Position numbers and translations under genes: made by a program. From NCBI GenBank assembly GCA_041652815.1, contig JBAZGN010000002.1:366261-430260 (forward strand): a DNA stretch of 64,000 nucleotides, read 5' to 3'. A model generated the notes under the pieces. It worked only from the letters and a program-made list of their open reading frames with translations. It did no database searches and was not told the origin of the DNA. Shown in pieces: positions 1 to 10,721 of this stretch; positions within the stretch are counted from its first letter, which is position 1; each line of letters opens with the position of its first letter. The DNA is from Candidatus Omnitrophota bacterium. GTDB taxonomy: Bacteria; Omnitrophota; Gorgyraeia; Duberdicusellales; 4484-171.

Positions 1-613
1 TTCTTCAGCTACAATAAGAAACGTAATGGAGACTCTGGAGAAAAAAGGGTTTCTTTCTCATATCCACACATCATCAGGGAGAGTCCCCACAACAAAGGGT
101 TTTAAACAGTACGTAGAATGTCTTAAGAAAGAAAAGATGGTAAATAATTACCCGATAGAGCTGGAATTTTATAATACAATTTCCGATAGCAGCCAGGTTA
201 TTAATAGTGCGCTGGATACTTTGGCGCTAAAAAGCGGTTATGCTTCATTTTTGGCAGTCTCTGGCGAAGGGCATAAGTTATTTTTTAGGGGCGCGCGTTT
301 TATTCTTGAGCAGCCGGAATTCGAAAACATCGTGCGGCTTAAGAGCGTTTTTTATGCTCTTGAGGTAAGATTAAATCAAATACAGGAGTTGCTACTTAAC
401 TATTTTGATGAGCAGGTAAAAATTTTGGTGGGCGATGAAATAGGTTTTGACGAAATATCGGATTGTTCGCTGGTTGTGTCTGGTTCCGGAGAAAAAAAGG
501 TTTCCTATTCACTGGCATTGCTTGGCCCGATGAGGATGGATTATGTAAGAGCTGTTTCCTGCTTGCAATCCATTAAATATCAGCTTGAAGCAATTATCGA
601 AGATAAGTTATGA
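1..613 (+). CDS. hrcA: Heat-inducible transcription repressor HrcA, C-terminal part (5' end lies off-window)
   Basis: Frame is open to the window start. VSSATIRN-like motif spans nt 2-28, then LE..G....HTSSGRVPT as in HrcA. Followed by grpE-dnaK-dnaJ. Confidence 0.8.
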   Translation, partial: SSATIRNVMETLEKKGFLSHIHTSSGRVPTTKGFKQYVECLKKEKMVNNYPIELEFYNTISDSSQVINSALDTLALKSGYASFLAVSGEGHKLFFRGARFILEQPEFENIVRLKSVFYALEVRLNQIQELLLNYFDEQVKILVGDEIGFDEISDCSLVVSGSGEKKVSYSLALLGPMRMDYVRAVSCLQSIKYQLEAIIEDKL

Positions 614-723
614 ACCCCGCCCTTCTAAGGCGCATTATGGTTTTTGAAAAATATAATAAATCTTACGAAAAACAAGGGTTGGGGTAAAAACAATAAATCT
701 AAAATACAAGGAGGAAGGGCGGG

Positions 724-1353
724 GTGAACGACGGTAAAGCAAAAAATAATAAAAACAACAAAGAAGAATTAGCTAAAGAAGAGAAGAAAGAAGAGCTTTG
801 CTTTCCGGTAGGCTCAGGTAAAGAAAAAAAAGAAGACTATGATGCTCTTTGGGGAAAATATACGCGGATCTGTGCGGATTTTGCTAATGCCAGAAAGCGC
901 TGGGACAGGGAAAAAGAAGACTTAATAAAATTCTCTACATCGTCGCTGATTAGAGACCTTTTAATAGTGCTTGATGAGTCAGAGCAGGCATTAAAAATGG
1001 TAAAAGAGCACGGCAATATAGAAGAAATTATAAAAGGCCTTGAAATGGCTTATAATAATTTTGTAAATCTTCTTAAAAAAAGAGGCCTTACACCTATAGA
1101 AAGTATTGGCAGGTTTTTTGACCCGCATTTACATGAAATAGTGGCAACTAAAGAAGTTGACGACTCAACAGATAAACCTATGGTTTTAGAAGAAATTCAA
1201 AAAGGTTATATGCTTGAAGATAAAGTATTACGTCCTTCAAGGGTAATTGTAGGGATTAAAAAACAGAGTACAGAGAACAGAGGGCAGAGTACAGATAACA
1301 GAGAACAGAAAACAGAAGAGGAAGAGCAAAGCCCAGAGGATAAAAAAAACTGA
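724..1353 (+). CDS. grpE: Nucleotide exchange factor GrpE
   Basis: GTG start after an AAGGAGG RBS. K/E-rich N-terminus and GrpE core. Synteny hrcA-grpE-dnaK. C-terminal low-complexity tail QSTENRGQSTDNREQ. Confidence 0.85.
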   Translation: MNDGKAKNNKNNKEELAKEEKKEELCFPVGSGKEKKEDYDALWGKYTRICADFANARKRWDREKEDLIKFSTSSLIRDLLIVLDESEQALKMVKEHGNIEEIIKGLEMAYNNFVNLLKKRGLTPIESIGRFFDPHLHEIVATKEVDDSTDKPMVLEEIQKGYMLEDKVLRPSRVIVGIKKQSTENRGQSTDNREQKTEEEEQSPEDKKN

Positions 1354-1414
1354 TCTCTGTTTTCTGTCATCTGTCGTCTGTAAACTAACCGACGAGTGAA
1401 ACGAGGAGGTTGAT

Positions 1415-3349
1415 ATGGCGAGAGTAATTGGTATAGATTTAGGAACTTCTAATTCAGCGGCAGCAGTAATGGAGGGGGATCGCCCTGTAATTCTTCCGTC
1501 AGCAGAAGGAGCGGGAGTTGCCAGCGGAAAAGCTTTTCCTTCTTTTGTTGCATTTACAAAAGACGGACAGAAACTTGTGGGTGAACCCGCAAGGCGCCAG
1601 GCTGCTATAAATCCTGAAGGAACTATTTTTGCGGCAAAACGCAAAATGGGAACAGATTATAAATTTAAGGTATTCGGCAAAGAATATACGCCTCAGCAGA
1701 TATCTGCGTTTATTTTACAAAAAATTAAACAGGACGCAGAAGCTTATCTTGGCGATAAAGTTGAAGAGGTGGTTATAACTTGCCCGGCATATTTTGACGA
1801 TAACCAAAGAACCGCCACAAAAGACGCAGGCGAAATAGCAGGGCTTAAGGTGCTTAGAATTATCAATGAGCCAACAGCCGCCTGCCTTGCTTACGGGCTT
1901 GAAAAAGCAGGAAAGGAATTAAAAATCCTGGTTTTTGACTTTGGCGGCGGAACTCTTGATGTCACCGTCATGGAGATGTGGAAAGAGGGTGGATTTAAAG
2001 TAATGGCAACAAGCGGAGATACACAGCTTGGCGGAACAGATATGGATAATGTCATAATTGATTATATTGTTAATCAATTCAAACGTGAAACAGGCATTGA
2101 TTTGCGTAATGACAAAATGGCAACGCAAAGAGTGCGCGAAGCTGCCGAAAAAGCAAAGGTAGAGCTTTCAAGCACTCTTACAACGGACATAAACCTTCCC
2201 TTTATAACCGCAGATAGCAGCGGGCCAAAACACCTTACAATGTCAATTAACCGCGCGAAAATCGAGGAATTGGTAGGTTCTATTGTAGAGCGCTGCCGCG
2301 GGCCGCTCGAGCAGGCGCTTCGCGACGCAAAAGCTGCTTTCGAAAAAGAAGGAGTAACTTTTAGCGATAAAACTGCGATAGATAAGATTATTATGGTAGG
2401 CGGCCCCACAAGAATGCCTATAGTTCAGAAATTCGTAGAAGATTATTTCGGTAAAAAAATTGAACGCGGGGTAGACCCCATGGAATGCGTTGCCTTGGGA
2501 GCAGCAGTGCAGGCAGCGATTATCAAGGGCGATGTAAAAGATGTGTTGCTTTTAGACGTAACACCCCTTTCTTTGGGTATTGAAACCTTAGGAGGAGTAA
2601 ATACCAAGCTTATAGAAAGAAATACAACTATACCTACAAGAAAATCCCAGATTTTTTCAACAGCTGCCGATAACCAGACCGCGGTTACCATACGCGTAAT
2701 ACAGGGAGAAAGGACTATGGCTGATGCCGAAGGCAATGTCGAGCTTGGCAGGTTTGATTTGGTTGGTATTCCTGCAGCACCCCGTGGAGTGCCTCAGGTT
2801 GAAGTTGCTTTCGATATAGACGCAAACGGAATCGTACATGTTTCAGCTAAAGATTTAGGCACGGGTAAAGAGCAGTCCATACGTATTACCGCTCCCAAGA
2901 AACTTTCCAAGGAAGAAATAGATAAAATGGTCCATGATGCCGAGAAATTTGCAGCTGAAGATGCGAAAAAGAAAGAAGAAGTAGAAACAGTAAACCAGGC
3001 AGACCAGCTGATTTACGCCACAGAAAAATCATTAAAAGATTATGGTGACAAAATTTCGCAAGCTGAGCGTGCCGACATTGAAGCAAAGATTAATGATTTA
3101 AAAACAGCAGTCAAAGATAAAAACGTAAATATGATTAAGAAAGGTATGGAAGATTTGACCAAAGTAGCACATAAGCTTGCTGAAGAAATCTATAAGAATG
3201 CATCTCAAAAACAGCAAGAACAAGGAAAGGCTAAGAGTGAGGCAGGCCCACAGGCTGGCCCTCAGGCCGGGCCAACCCAGGAAGCTCCAGAGCCGGAGAA
3301 GAAAGAGGATATTATCGACGCGGACTTTAAGGAAGAAGATAAGAAATAG
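1415..3349 (+). CDS. dnaK: Chaperone DnaK (Hsp70)
   Basis: [18 protein letters not shown] and VTIRV motifs; 644 aa. Confidence 0.97.
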   Translation: MARVIGIDLGTSNSAAAVMEGDRPVILPSAEGAGVASGKAFPSFVAFTKDGQKLVGEPARRQAAINPEGTIFAAKRKMGTDYKFKVFGKEYTPQQISAFILQKIKQDAEAYLGDKVEEVVITCPAYFDDNQRTATKDAGEIAGLKVLRIINEPTAACLAYGLEKAGKELKILVFDFGGGTLDVTVMEMWKEGGFKVMATSGDTQLGGTDMDNVIIDYIVNQFKRETGIDLRNDKMATQRVREAAEKAKVELSSTLTTDINLPFITADSSGPKHLTMSINRAKIEELVGSIVERCRGPLEQALRDAKAAFEKEGVTFSDKTAIDKIIMVGGPTRMPIVQKFVEDYFGKKIERGVDPMECVALGAAVQAAIIKGDVKDVLLLDVTPLSLGIETLGGVNTKLIERNTTIPTRKSQIFSTAADNQTAVTIRVIQGERTMADAEGNVELGRFDLVGIPAAPRGVPQVEVAFDIDANGIVHVSAKDLGTGKEQSIRITAPKKLSKEEIDKMVHDAEKFAAEDAKKKEEVETVNQADQLIYATEKSLKDYGDKISQAERADIEAKINDLKTAVKDKNVNMIKKGMEDLTKVAHKLAEEIYKNASQKQQEQGKAKSEAGPQAGPQAGPTQEAPEPEKKEDIIDADFKEEDKK

Positions 3350-3443
3350 CTATCAGCCATCAGTCGTCAGCTCTCAGCCCCCCCTAAGGGGCGCCCGTAA
3401 AGGGTGGCTGATAGCTGAAAGCTGACAGCTGATAACTGAAACA

Positions 3444-4565
3444 ATGAGTACACAAAAAAGAGACTACTACGAAATCTTAGGCGTTAAAAAAACTGCTTCT
3501 GTTGAGGATATAAAACGGGCATATCGGCAGCTTGTTATGCAATATCATCCTGATAGAGTTGCTCCCGAAAAAAAGAAGGAAGCTGAAGAAAAGTTTAAAG
3601 AACTTTCCGAGGCTTACGCGGTCTTAAGTGACCCCAGTAAAAAGCAGCTTTATGACCAGTATGGCCACGCCGGTGTTGATTCGCGTTATTCTACTGATGA
3701 TATTTTTAAGGGAGCTGATTTCTCAGATATTTTTAGAGGCCGTCAGGGTGCAGGACAAGGAGATTTTGGCAGTATTTTTGAAGAATTTTTTTCTGACCTT
3801 GGCTTTGATGTTTTTGGGGCATCCAGCCGTCAGGGACAGGGCCGCAGGCGCCATGGCGAAGATGTCCAGTTAGAAATGTCGGTGGCGCTTGAAGAGGCTG
3901 CTTTCGGAGCAGAGAAGGAAATTTCTTTCTATCACTACGAAAATTGTTCGCAGTGTAACGGAAGCGGTGTCCAGCCTGGTTCAAAAAAAGAAACTTGTTC
4001 AACGTGCCGCGGCAGAGGGGTAGTTTCCAGCAGAATGGGGCCTTTAAGTTTTTCGCAAACTTGCCCTGATTGTCAAGGAGAAGGGGCAACGTTTAAAAAT
4101 CGCTGTTCAAAATGTTCAGGCCAGGGCAGAATAAAGGTTAAAAAACAAGTCAAAGTAACAATACCGCAGGGTGTTGATGATGGTTCCGTGCTTCGCTTAA
4201 AAGGTGAAGGAAATTTCGCCGGTGCCGGATACGGTGATTTGTACCTGCATATAGTAGTAAAACCGCATATTCTTTTCCAGAGGCAAGGCGATGATGTAAG
4301 ATGCAAGGTAAAAATAAACGTCTTTAAGGCCATGCTTGGCGCAGAGATTGAGGTGCCGACTTTATCGGGGAATGTTAAGATGAATATTCCCACCGGCACT
4401 CAACCAAACGCAGTTTTCAGGCTCAAGGGGAAAGGAATAGCTAATTTACGTACAAAAAGATTGGGCGATGAGCTGGTTGAGGTTGAAATAGAAATACCAA
4501 AAAGGGTATCCGCAAACGAGAGAAACGTTTTACTTGAAATAGCAAAAGAGCGCGGTGAAATCTGA
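3444..4565 (+). CDS. dnaJ: Chaperone DnaJ
   Basis: J domain (HPD), G/F-rich region, four CxxCxGxG zinc-finger repeats. Confidence 0.95.
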   Translation: MSTQKRDYYEILGVKKTASVEDIKRAYRQLVMQYHPDRVAPEKKKEAEEKFKELSEAYAVLSDPSKKQLYDQYGHAGVDSRYSTDDIFKGADFSDIFRGRQGAGQGDFGSIFEEFFSDLGFDVFGASSRQGQGRRRHGEDVQLEMSVALEEAAFGAEKEISFYHYENCSQCNGSGVQPGSKKETCSTCRGRGVVSSRMGPLSFSQTCPDCQGEGATFKNRCSKCSGQGRIKVKKQVKVTIPQGVDDGSVLRLKGEGNFAGAGYGDLYLHIVVKPHILFQRQGDDVRCKVKINVFKAMLGAEIEVPTLSGNVKMNIPTGTQPNAVFRLKGKGIANLRTKRLGDELVEVEIEIPKRVSANERNVLLEIAKERGEI

Positions 4566-4690
4566 TCGCGAATATTCGCGAATTTAAACCTTGATAGTTT
4601 GATTAAGGTATAAACGCGAATACACGCGAATGGAAAACAAATGTAAACAAAACTATTCGCGACCATTCGCGTTGGATTCGCGAGAATTTG
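4566..4690. repeat. Hairpin element built from ttcgcgaat/attcgcgaa words
   Basis: Includes the perfect palindrome cgcgaatattcgcg. Related elements at 6270-6488 and 10722-10808. Confidence 0.8.
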
Positions 4691-4747
4691 TGTTTAGAAA
4701 CTTGCAACTTATAGCTTTGTGTATATAATATCAGGGAGGTTTTTGTT

Positions 4748-4975
4748 ATGCCTACGTATGATTACGAATGTACAAAATGCGGCCATCATTTTGAGGCTTT
4801 TCATAAAATAAGCGAGCAGAAAAAGATAGAATGCCCGAAATGCAAAGCTATAAGCAAAAAAAAGATAAGCGCAGGCAGCGGCCTGATTTTTAAGGGCAGC
4901 GGTTTCTATGCTACGGATTACAAAAAAAATAAATCCTGTGATTGCCCGAATAGCAAAAACTGCAATAAAAAATAA
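4748..4975 (+). CDS. FmdB-family zinc-ribbon regulatory protein
   Basis: MPTYDYEC..CGH.FE......CP.C N-terminus typical of the FmdB family. Confidence 0.7.
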   Translation: MPTYDYECTKCGHHFEAFHKISEQKKIECPKCKAISKKKISAGSGLIFKGSGFYATDYKKNKSCDCPNSKNCNKK

Positions 4976-5073
4976 TTGAGCCCTTAAGGTTTTTTATTAT
5001 CAGTGACTCATCCTGAGGAGCGAAGCGACGAAGGATCTCAAAACGGGACAATCAGTAAAATCTTTAAAATTTA

Positions 5074-6294
5074 ATGGCAGATATAATAAGGCCCTTCCGG
5101 GCTACACACTACAATCCTTCTTTTTTCAAAAATCTTTCTGCGTTTACTTGCCCGCCGTATGATGTTATAAGCAAAAAACAGCTTTCTTTGTTAAAAAGAA
5201 AATCTCCTTATAATTTTTCAAATATTCTTATTGCAACTAATAACGACTACAAAGAAATAGGCGAGAGGTTACGCAGCTGGATTGATAAACGGATATTGGT
5301 AGACGACCCGGCAGAGAGTATTTTCCTTTATGAACAGAGATTTAGAATCGGAACCGAGAAATATAAACGCTTCGGATTCCTTTCACTTTTGAAAATGAAT
5401 CAAAAAGGAGCAATTTTCCCTCACGAATATACTTTAAGCGCTCCGAAGGAAGACCGCAAAAAAGTAATAGAGGAAGTTGAGGCTAATTTAAGCCCGATAT
5501 TTGTGATAGCGCCGAAAAAGATTAACTATTTTCATGCGCTGCACAATCGGTATTGCACCAAAAAACCGTTCATGAGATTTAAAGATTTAGACGCGAATGA
5601 AAATCTGGTTTGGAAAATAACCGATAAGGATACGATAAAAAAAATATGTTCACAGGCAAACGGTAAAAATCTTGTGATAGCTGATGGGCACCACCGCTTT
5701 GAAGTAGCCTCCGGCTACTACAAGAGAAACAAAAGGCGTTTTAAAAACCTAAATTATATAATGAGTTACATAACAGACGCGCAGCGCGGGCTTGTAATAC
5801 TACCTACCCATAGAGTAATTTCAGTGCCGGATTTTGATGGTGCGCTTGCCACGCTTAAGCAATATTTTGATATAAAAGAAGTAAAAAACGATAATGTTCT
5901 TACAGGCCATCTTGGAAAAGAAAAAAAATTTTCCTTCGGTGTTTATAGACGGAGTAAATTCTATTTTCTGAAGTTGAAGAATGAAACTATCCTTGATAAG
6001 CTTTTCCCGGCGTCTCCCTATAAGAAACTTAATACGTATCTATTGCACCAGTTTGTTCTACCTATGCTTAAAACGGACGGTAGTATCCAATATACGCACG
6101 ACATAAAAGAAGCCGAAAAGCTGGCAGGCCACGATAAAACCGCTTTTATCTTAAAGCCGGTTAGTCTATCGGCAGTATTTGACATAGCCAATCGTGGCTA
6201 CCGCCTGCCTCAGAAATCAACATATTTTTATCCCAAAGTTTACAGCGGAATAGCCATACGAAGGTTTGCTAACGCGAATATACGCGAATTTTAA
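5074..6294 (+). CDS. DUF1015-like protein
   Basis: N-terminal M..I.PFRA.HYNP pattern resembles DUF1015. The last codons (ANANIREF) lie in the cgcgaat repeat. Confidence 0.45.
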   Translation: MADIIRPFRATHYNPSFFKNLSAFTCPPYDVISKKQLSLLKRKSPYNFSNILIATNNDYKEIGERLRSWIDKRILVDDPAESIFLYEQRFRIGTEKYKRFGFLSLLKMNQKGAIFPHEYTLSAPKEDRKKVIEEVEANLSPIFVIAPKKINYFHALHNRYCTKKPFMRFKDLDANENLVWKITDKDTIKKICSQANGKNLVIADGHHRFEVASGYYKRNKRRFKNLNYIMSYITDAQRGLVILPTHRVISVPDFDGALATLKQYFDIKEVKNDNVLTGHLGKEKKFSFGVYRRSKFYFLKLKNETILDKLFPASPYKKLNTYLLHQFVLPMLKTDGSIQYTHDIKEAEKLAGHDKTAFILKPVSLSAVFDIANRGYRLPQKSTYFYPKVYSGIAIRRFANANIREF

Positions 6295-6488
6295 CCTAAA
6301 TAGTTTATTTAGGCATAAACGCGAATATTCGTAATTAATAGGGCGCTCTGAATACTTGTTATATGCGTAAATTTGATTTATAATAAAGGCAAATATGCGC
6401 TAACGAAGTGCGATAAATTTATTCGCGTTCATTAGCGTTTGCACCTCTAATAAACATAAAGGTATAAATTCGCGACAATTAGCGTTTT
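6270..6488. repeat. Hairpin element built from cgcgaata/tattcgcg words
   Basis: Left arm overlaps the last codons of the DUF1015 gene. Confidence 0.75.
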
Positions 6489-7328
6489 ATGAGAATATTT
6501 AAAAAACCATTTCGTTATACTCTGGCAAGAAGAAGAAAGGAAATGCCTGACGGGCTTTGGAGTAAATGCCCCAGCTGTTCCCATCTTATTTTTAATAAAA
6601 TACTGCAGGAAAATTTAAAAGTGTGCCCTAAATGTAATTATCATTTTTCTCTTGTCTGCTGGGAACGCATAGAATTGCTTGTAGATGCTGATACCTTTAA
6701 GGAATTTGATAAGGATATGGAATCATTAGACCCTCTCAATTTTGCAGGGCCTAAATCCTACAAAGATAAATTAAAAGAAGATACGCAAGATACAGGATTA
6801 AAAGATGCGATAATAACCGGTGAAGCAAAAATGGACAAAAAAAATATTGCCCTGGGAGTTACCGATTCCCGTTTTATTATGGGCTCTATGGGTTCAGTAG
6901 TTGGTGAAAAAATTACCCGTCTTATAGAGTATGCTATTAGCAAAAAACTGCCGGTAATTATTGTTTCAGGTTCAGGCGGAGGAGCACGGATGTATGAGGG
7001 GTTACTTAGCCTTATGCAAATGGCAAAAACATGCGGGGCCCTTTCACGTTTAAAAGAAGCACGCTTACCATTTATTTCCGTGCTTACGCACCCGACAATG
7101 GCCGGCGTTATGGCATCGTTTGCGGGAATAGGTGATGTAATTATCGCCGAGCCGGGGGCGCTCATAGGCTTTACCGGGCCGCGGGTTATAAAACAGACGA
7201 TAAAACAGGATTTGCCTAGAGGTTTTCAAACTTCTGAATTTAACTTAGAGCATGGCCTTTTAGATATGGTGATAAGCAGAAAAGATTTAAAAGCGACTTT
7301 ATCCAAGTTATTGTATTATTTAACTTGA
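6489..7328 (+). CDS. accD: Acetyl-CoA carboxylase carboxyltransferase beta subunit
   Basis: N-terminal C4 zinc ribbon (CPSC..CPKC) and CT-beta core with GGARM. Confidence 0.9.
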   Translation: MRIFKKPFRYTLARRRKEMPDGLWSKCPSCSHLIFNKILQENLKVCPKCNYHFSLVCWERIELLVDADTFKEFDKDMESLDPLNFAGPKSYKDKLKEDTQDTGLKDAIITGEAKMDKKNIALGVTDSRFIMGSMGSVVGEKITRLIEYAISKKLPVIIVSGSGGGARMYEGLLSLMQMAKTCGALSRLKEARLPFISVLTHPTMAGVMASFAGIGDVIIAEPGALIGFTGPRVIKQTIKQDLPRGFQTSEFNLEHGLLDMVISRKDLKATLSKLLYYLT

Positions 7329-7420
7329 CATCTCTTTAACTAAAACATAAAATTATGCTTTGTTTGGTGTTTTGATTGGTGATTTTTTCTGTTTCTACTC
7401 TACCTTAATCTATAAAAAAT

Positions 7421-8524
7421 ATGGCACAAGTTAGTCTTAAAAATGTAATGAAACAATATAACGGTGATTCAATTGCCGTTAAGAATGTAAGCCTCGGCGT
7501 AGAGAACAAGGAGTTTCTCGTTCTTCTTGGCCCTTCCGGATGCGGTAAATCAACCACCCTGCGCATGATTGCTGGCCTTGAGTGCCCTACTGAAGGAGAA
7601 ATCTACATTGCAGACCGTCTGGTAAATAACGTCCCGGCTAAAGACAGGAATATTGCGATGGTTTTTCAAAACTACGCTCTTTATCCTCATATGTCGGTTT
7701 ATGAAAATATGGCATTTGCACTTAAACTACGTAACTATGCAAAGACAGACATAGATAAACGCGTAAAAGAAGCAGCTCAGATATTAAGCATAATGCATTT
7801 ATTGAATAGAAAACCCAGAGAGCTTTCAGGCGGAGAGCGGCAGAGAGTTGCGGTAGGAAGGGCAATTGTAAGAAAGCCCCTTGTTTTTCTTTTTGATGAA
7901 CCCCTGAGCAATCTTGATGCAAAACTTCGCGTACAAATGCGCACAGAAATCCATAAACTGCATCTTAAGATTCAGACTACAATGATTTATGTTACACATG
8001 ACCAGACAGAAGCAATGACTCTCGGAGACCGAATTGCCGTAATGAAGGATGGAAATTTGCTTCAGCTGGATACGCCGCTAAATGTTTACAATAATCCTAT
8101 CAATAAATTTGTCGCGGGATTCATCGGTTCTCCCCCGATGAATTTTATGAAAGGTATCATTATAAAGAAAAATGAAAGCCTTTATTTTAATGAAGGAAGT
8201 TTTAAGATAAAGATACTTGAGGGAATGAACGATAAGCTCAAAGCTTATATGGATAAAGAGGTTATACTAGGGCTACGCCCAGAAAATATTTATGATAAAT
8301 TATTTGCATCAAACTCTACCCCCGATAATACGGTTGCCGTAGTCTGTGATGTCGTTGAAACTATGGGTTCGGAAAATTACGTATATCTTTCCAGCGGAAA
8401 ACATATCTTTGTAGCAGTGGTTGAAGCTTCGAATATACCTTCTATCGGAAGTATGATAGAGGTTGTCTTTGATATGAAGCGAGTTCATTTTTTCGACCCA
8501 GCTAGCGAAGAAACCATTGTATAA
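7421..8524 (+). CDS. ABC transporter ATP-binding protein, MalK/UgpC-type with C-terminal TOBE domain
   Basis: Walker A GPSGCGKST, signature LSGGERQR, Walker B LFDEP. Confidence 0.9.
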   Translation: MAQVSLKNVMKQYNGDSIAVKNVSLGVENKEFLVLLGPSGCGKSTTLRMIAGLECPTEGEIYIADRLVNNVPAKDRNIAMVFQNYALYPHMSVYENMAFALKLRNYAKTDIDKRVKEAAQILSIMHLLNRKPRELSGGERQRVAVGRAIVRKPLVFLFDEPLSNLDAKLRVQMRTEIHKLHLKIQTTMIYVTHDQTEAMTLGDRIAVMKDGNLLQLDTPLNVYNNPINKFVAGFIGSPPMNFMKGIIIKKNESLYFNEGSFKIKILEGMNDKLKAYMDKEVILGLRPENIYDKLFASNSTPDNTVAVVCDVVETMGSENYVYLSSGKHIFVAVVEASNIPSIGSMIEVVFDMKRVHFFDPASEETIV

Positions 8525-9773
8525 TCTTATTGCAACCTTAAGTCTGCTATTGTTTTTAGGTTTCGCCTTGATAACTGCTATTGTAGGCAAGCTAAGTTTT
8601 TTATTTTGTGCAATTACCTTCCTGATATTTCTTGTAATTTTTTGGATATTCCGCAAAATCAACCTTAAGATAGCCTCAAATTTCCAAGTCGAATACGAAA
8701 AGCTTGAAGAAAAAATAAATCTTTTATCTCAGGATATTTGCGAAAAAAAGAAAATTTCAATTTTACTTCCGGAGAAATCTAAGAAAATAGAATCCCTTTT
8801 CGAAGTTTCGCATGAACTGGTTGAATTATATAATTTTCAGGAAATATTTGATTTTCTGCTTAAGTCTTTATGCTGGCTGTTTCCCTCTGCGGAAAACATA
8901 ATGCTTTTTGCACTGCACAAAAATTCGCTTTCTCTGGAACTTTCCTTCAAAAAAGAAGAATACGTAATTAAAGAAAAATGTGGAGATATTATCGAAAAAT
9001 GGTTGCTCAAGCATAACCAATCTTTGATAATAGATGATTTGTTCAAAGATTTTCGGTTCGATTGTAATAAAATAGCAGCTTTTCGCGAAAGAAAAATCCG
9101 TTCTCTTATCGCGAGCCCGATTTCTGTAGGCGATACTCTTCTCGGTACTGTACGCGTCGAGCATAAAATGCCTTCTTCTTTTTCTTTTGATGATTCCCGC
9201 CTGTTGCGTGATATGTGTGACCTTACTGCGGTAGTTTTGGAGCGTGCCGCGCTTTTTGCTAAAGCCGAGGAGCTTGCCATAAGGGATTCGCTGACGTTTT
9301 TATTTGTAAAAGGCCATTTCTACAAGCGCGTTGAAGAAGAACTTAAGCGTGCAGAGTATAAGAAGAGTAATTTAGGGATAATTATGATTGATATCGATGA
9401 TTTCAAAAAAATAAATGATACTTACGGCCACATAGTCGGAGATATTGTCTTAAAACGCTTGTCCGCCGTGTTGATTGAGACGGTAGGCCCGACCGGAGAT
9501 ATTATTGCAAGATTCGGAGGAGAAGAGTTTGTTGTAGCGCTTATTGAATGTGATAAAGAAAGGCTTATTAAAGTAGCCCAAAACATACATAGTAATGTTG
9601 AACTCGCCAAAATAGGTTTTCGCCGCAAAACCATAAATTTTACGGTATCTCTTGGAGCTGTTTTGTATCCAGAAGACGGATTAGAATTAAACGGTTTGGT
9701 CAATCGAGCCGACCAGTGTTTATACAAAGCGAAAAAAGAAGGAAAGAATAAGGTATGTTTTACCTGGCAGTAA
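8517..9773 (+). CDS. Membrane-anchored GAF-like/GGDEF diguanylate cyclase
   Basis: TTG start overlapping the upstream stop. RFGGEEF active-site motif. N-terminal TM helices. Confidence 0.8.
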   Translation: MYNLIATLSLLLFLGFALITAIVGKLSFLFCAITFLIFLVIFWIFRKINLKIASNFQVEYEKLEEKINLLSQDICEKKKISILLPEKSKKIESLFEVSHELVELYNFQEIFDFLLKSLCWLFPSAENIMLFALHKNSLSLELSFKKEEYVIKEKCGDIIEKWLLKHNQSLIIDDLFKDFRFDCNKIAAFRERKIRSLIASPISVGDTLLGTVRVEHKMPSSFSFDDSRLLRDMCDLTAVVLERAALFAKAEELAIRDSLTFLFVKGHFYKRVEEELKRAEYKKSNLGIIMIDIDDFKKINDTYGHIVGDIVLKRLSAVLIETVGPTGDIIARFGGEEFVVALIECDKERLIKVAQNIHSNVELAKIGFRRKTINFTVSLGAVLYPEDGLELNGLVNRADQCLYKAKKEGKNKVCFTWQ

Positions 9774-10720
9774 TTTTTCTGTTAATAATCGTATTTATCC
9801 TTGAAGAAATACTTCTCTTAAAAAGATTTCTGAATAAAAATTTTAGAAATAAAGAGCAGCTGTTGGTTAAAATAGATGCGTTGGATAAAGAACTGAGCCC
9901 TATAAAAAAGAATATAGATGCCTTAGAAAAACAAATGTCTGAGCATTTCTTTTTCTATGACCTGATGCGTAAACTTTCACCTTTTCTTAACAAAAAAGGC
10001 CTCTTTAAGGTTTTTTCTGAAGAAATAAAATATCTCGGCGAAGTGGAAGCCGTAGAATTCAGCCGCCCGGAGAACGAAAAAAAATATTTGCAATTTGTGT
10101 TTGATGATGAAGGAAGTAGCTTATATGTAAAAACTACATCGAAAAAAATTATCGAGCATCAGGATGTTTTAAGGAAGCTCCTTGAGCTTTGTACAGAGAG
10201 GATAAACCTTTATGACAGATTCCAACAGCTATCTATATATGATGCTTTAACCGAAACCTATAACCGGCGTTATTTTGTAATACGATTTATCGAAGAGTTC
10301 GAGCGTGCCAAAAAGTTTTCCTTAAAACTATCGTTTCTCATGATTGATATTGATAATTTTAAAAAGATAAACGATACTTACGGCCATTTAGTGGGCGATG
10401 CTGTTTTAAAAGAGATAGCGAAGATTATAAAGCAAAACATAAGAGAAATAGATTCTTTAGCCAGATTCGGGGGCGAGGAGTTTTCGTTAATTTTACCTGA
10501 GACGGATAAGATGTCCGCAATAGTAGTTGGGGAAAGAATACGAAGCAAAATTTCCGAGAGAATAATAAAGGCTTTTGATGAAACGCTAAGTGTTACGATA
10601 AGCACCGGAGTGGGAAGTTTTCCGCAGAATACTTTGTATTCGGATGTTTTGATGGAAATTGCCGATAAGGCGCTTTATCAGGCAAAAATTTCCGGCAGAA
10701 ACCGGGTGTGTTGGTTTTGA
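9755..10720 (+). CDS. GGDEF diguanylate cyclase
   Basis: RFGGEEF motif and coiled-coil N-terminus. Overlaps the upstream paralog. Confidence 0.8.
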   Translation: MFYLAVIFLLIIVFILEEILLLKRFLNKNFRNKEQLLVKIDALDKELSPIKKNIDALEKQMSEHFFFYDLMRKLSPFLNKKGLFKVFSEEIKYLGEVEAVEFSRPENEKKYLQFVFDDEGSSLYVKTTSKKIIEHQDVLRKLLELCTERINLYDRFQQLSIYDALTETYNRRYFVIRFIEEFERAKKFSLKLSFLMIDIDNFKKINDTYGHLVGDAVLKEIAKIIKQNIREIDSLARFGGEEFSLILPETDKMSAIVVGERIRSKISERIIKAFDETLSVTISTGVGSFPQNTLYSDVLMEIADKALYQAKISGRNRVCWF

Positions 10721-10721
10721 T

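Noticed and set aside
1237-4666. Minus-strand and alternate-frame ORFs overlapping grpE/dnaK/dnaJ (1237-1644, 1919-2128, 2074-2409, 2443-2736, 2657-2839, 2886-3086, 3177-3425, 3628-3873, 3733-4089, 4073-4399, 4400-4666)
   Set aside because: They lie inside well-supported chaperone genes and have low-complexity or biased translations typical of antisense frames. 3177-3425 is the +1 frame of the dnaK tail and the palindromic spacer.
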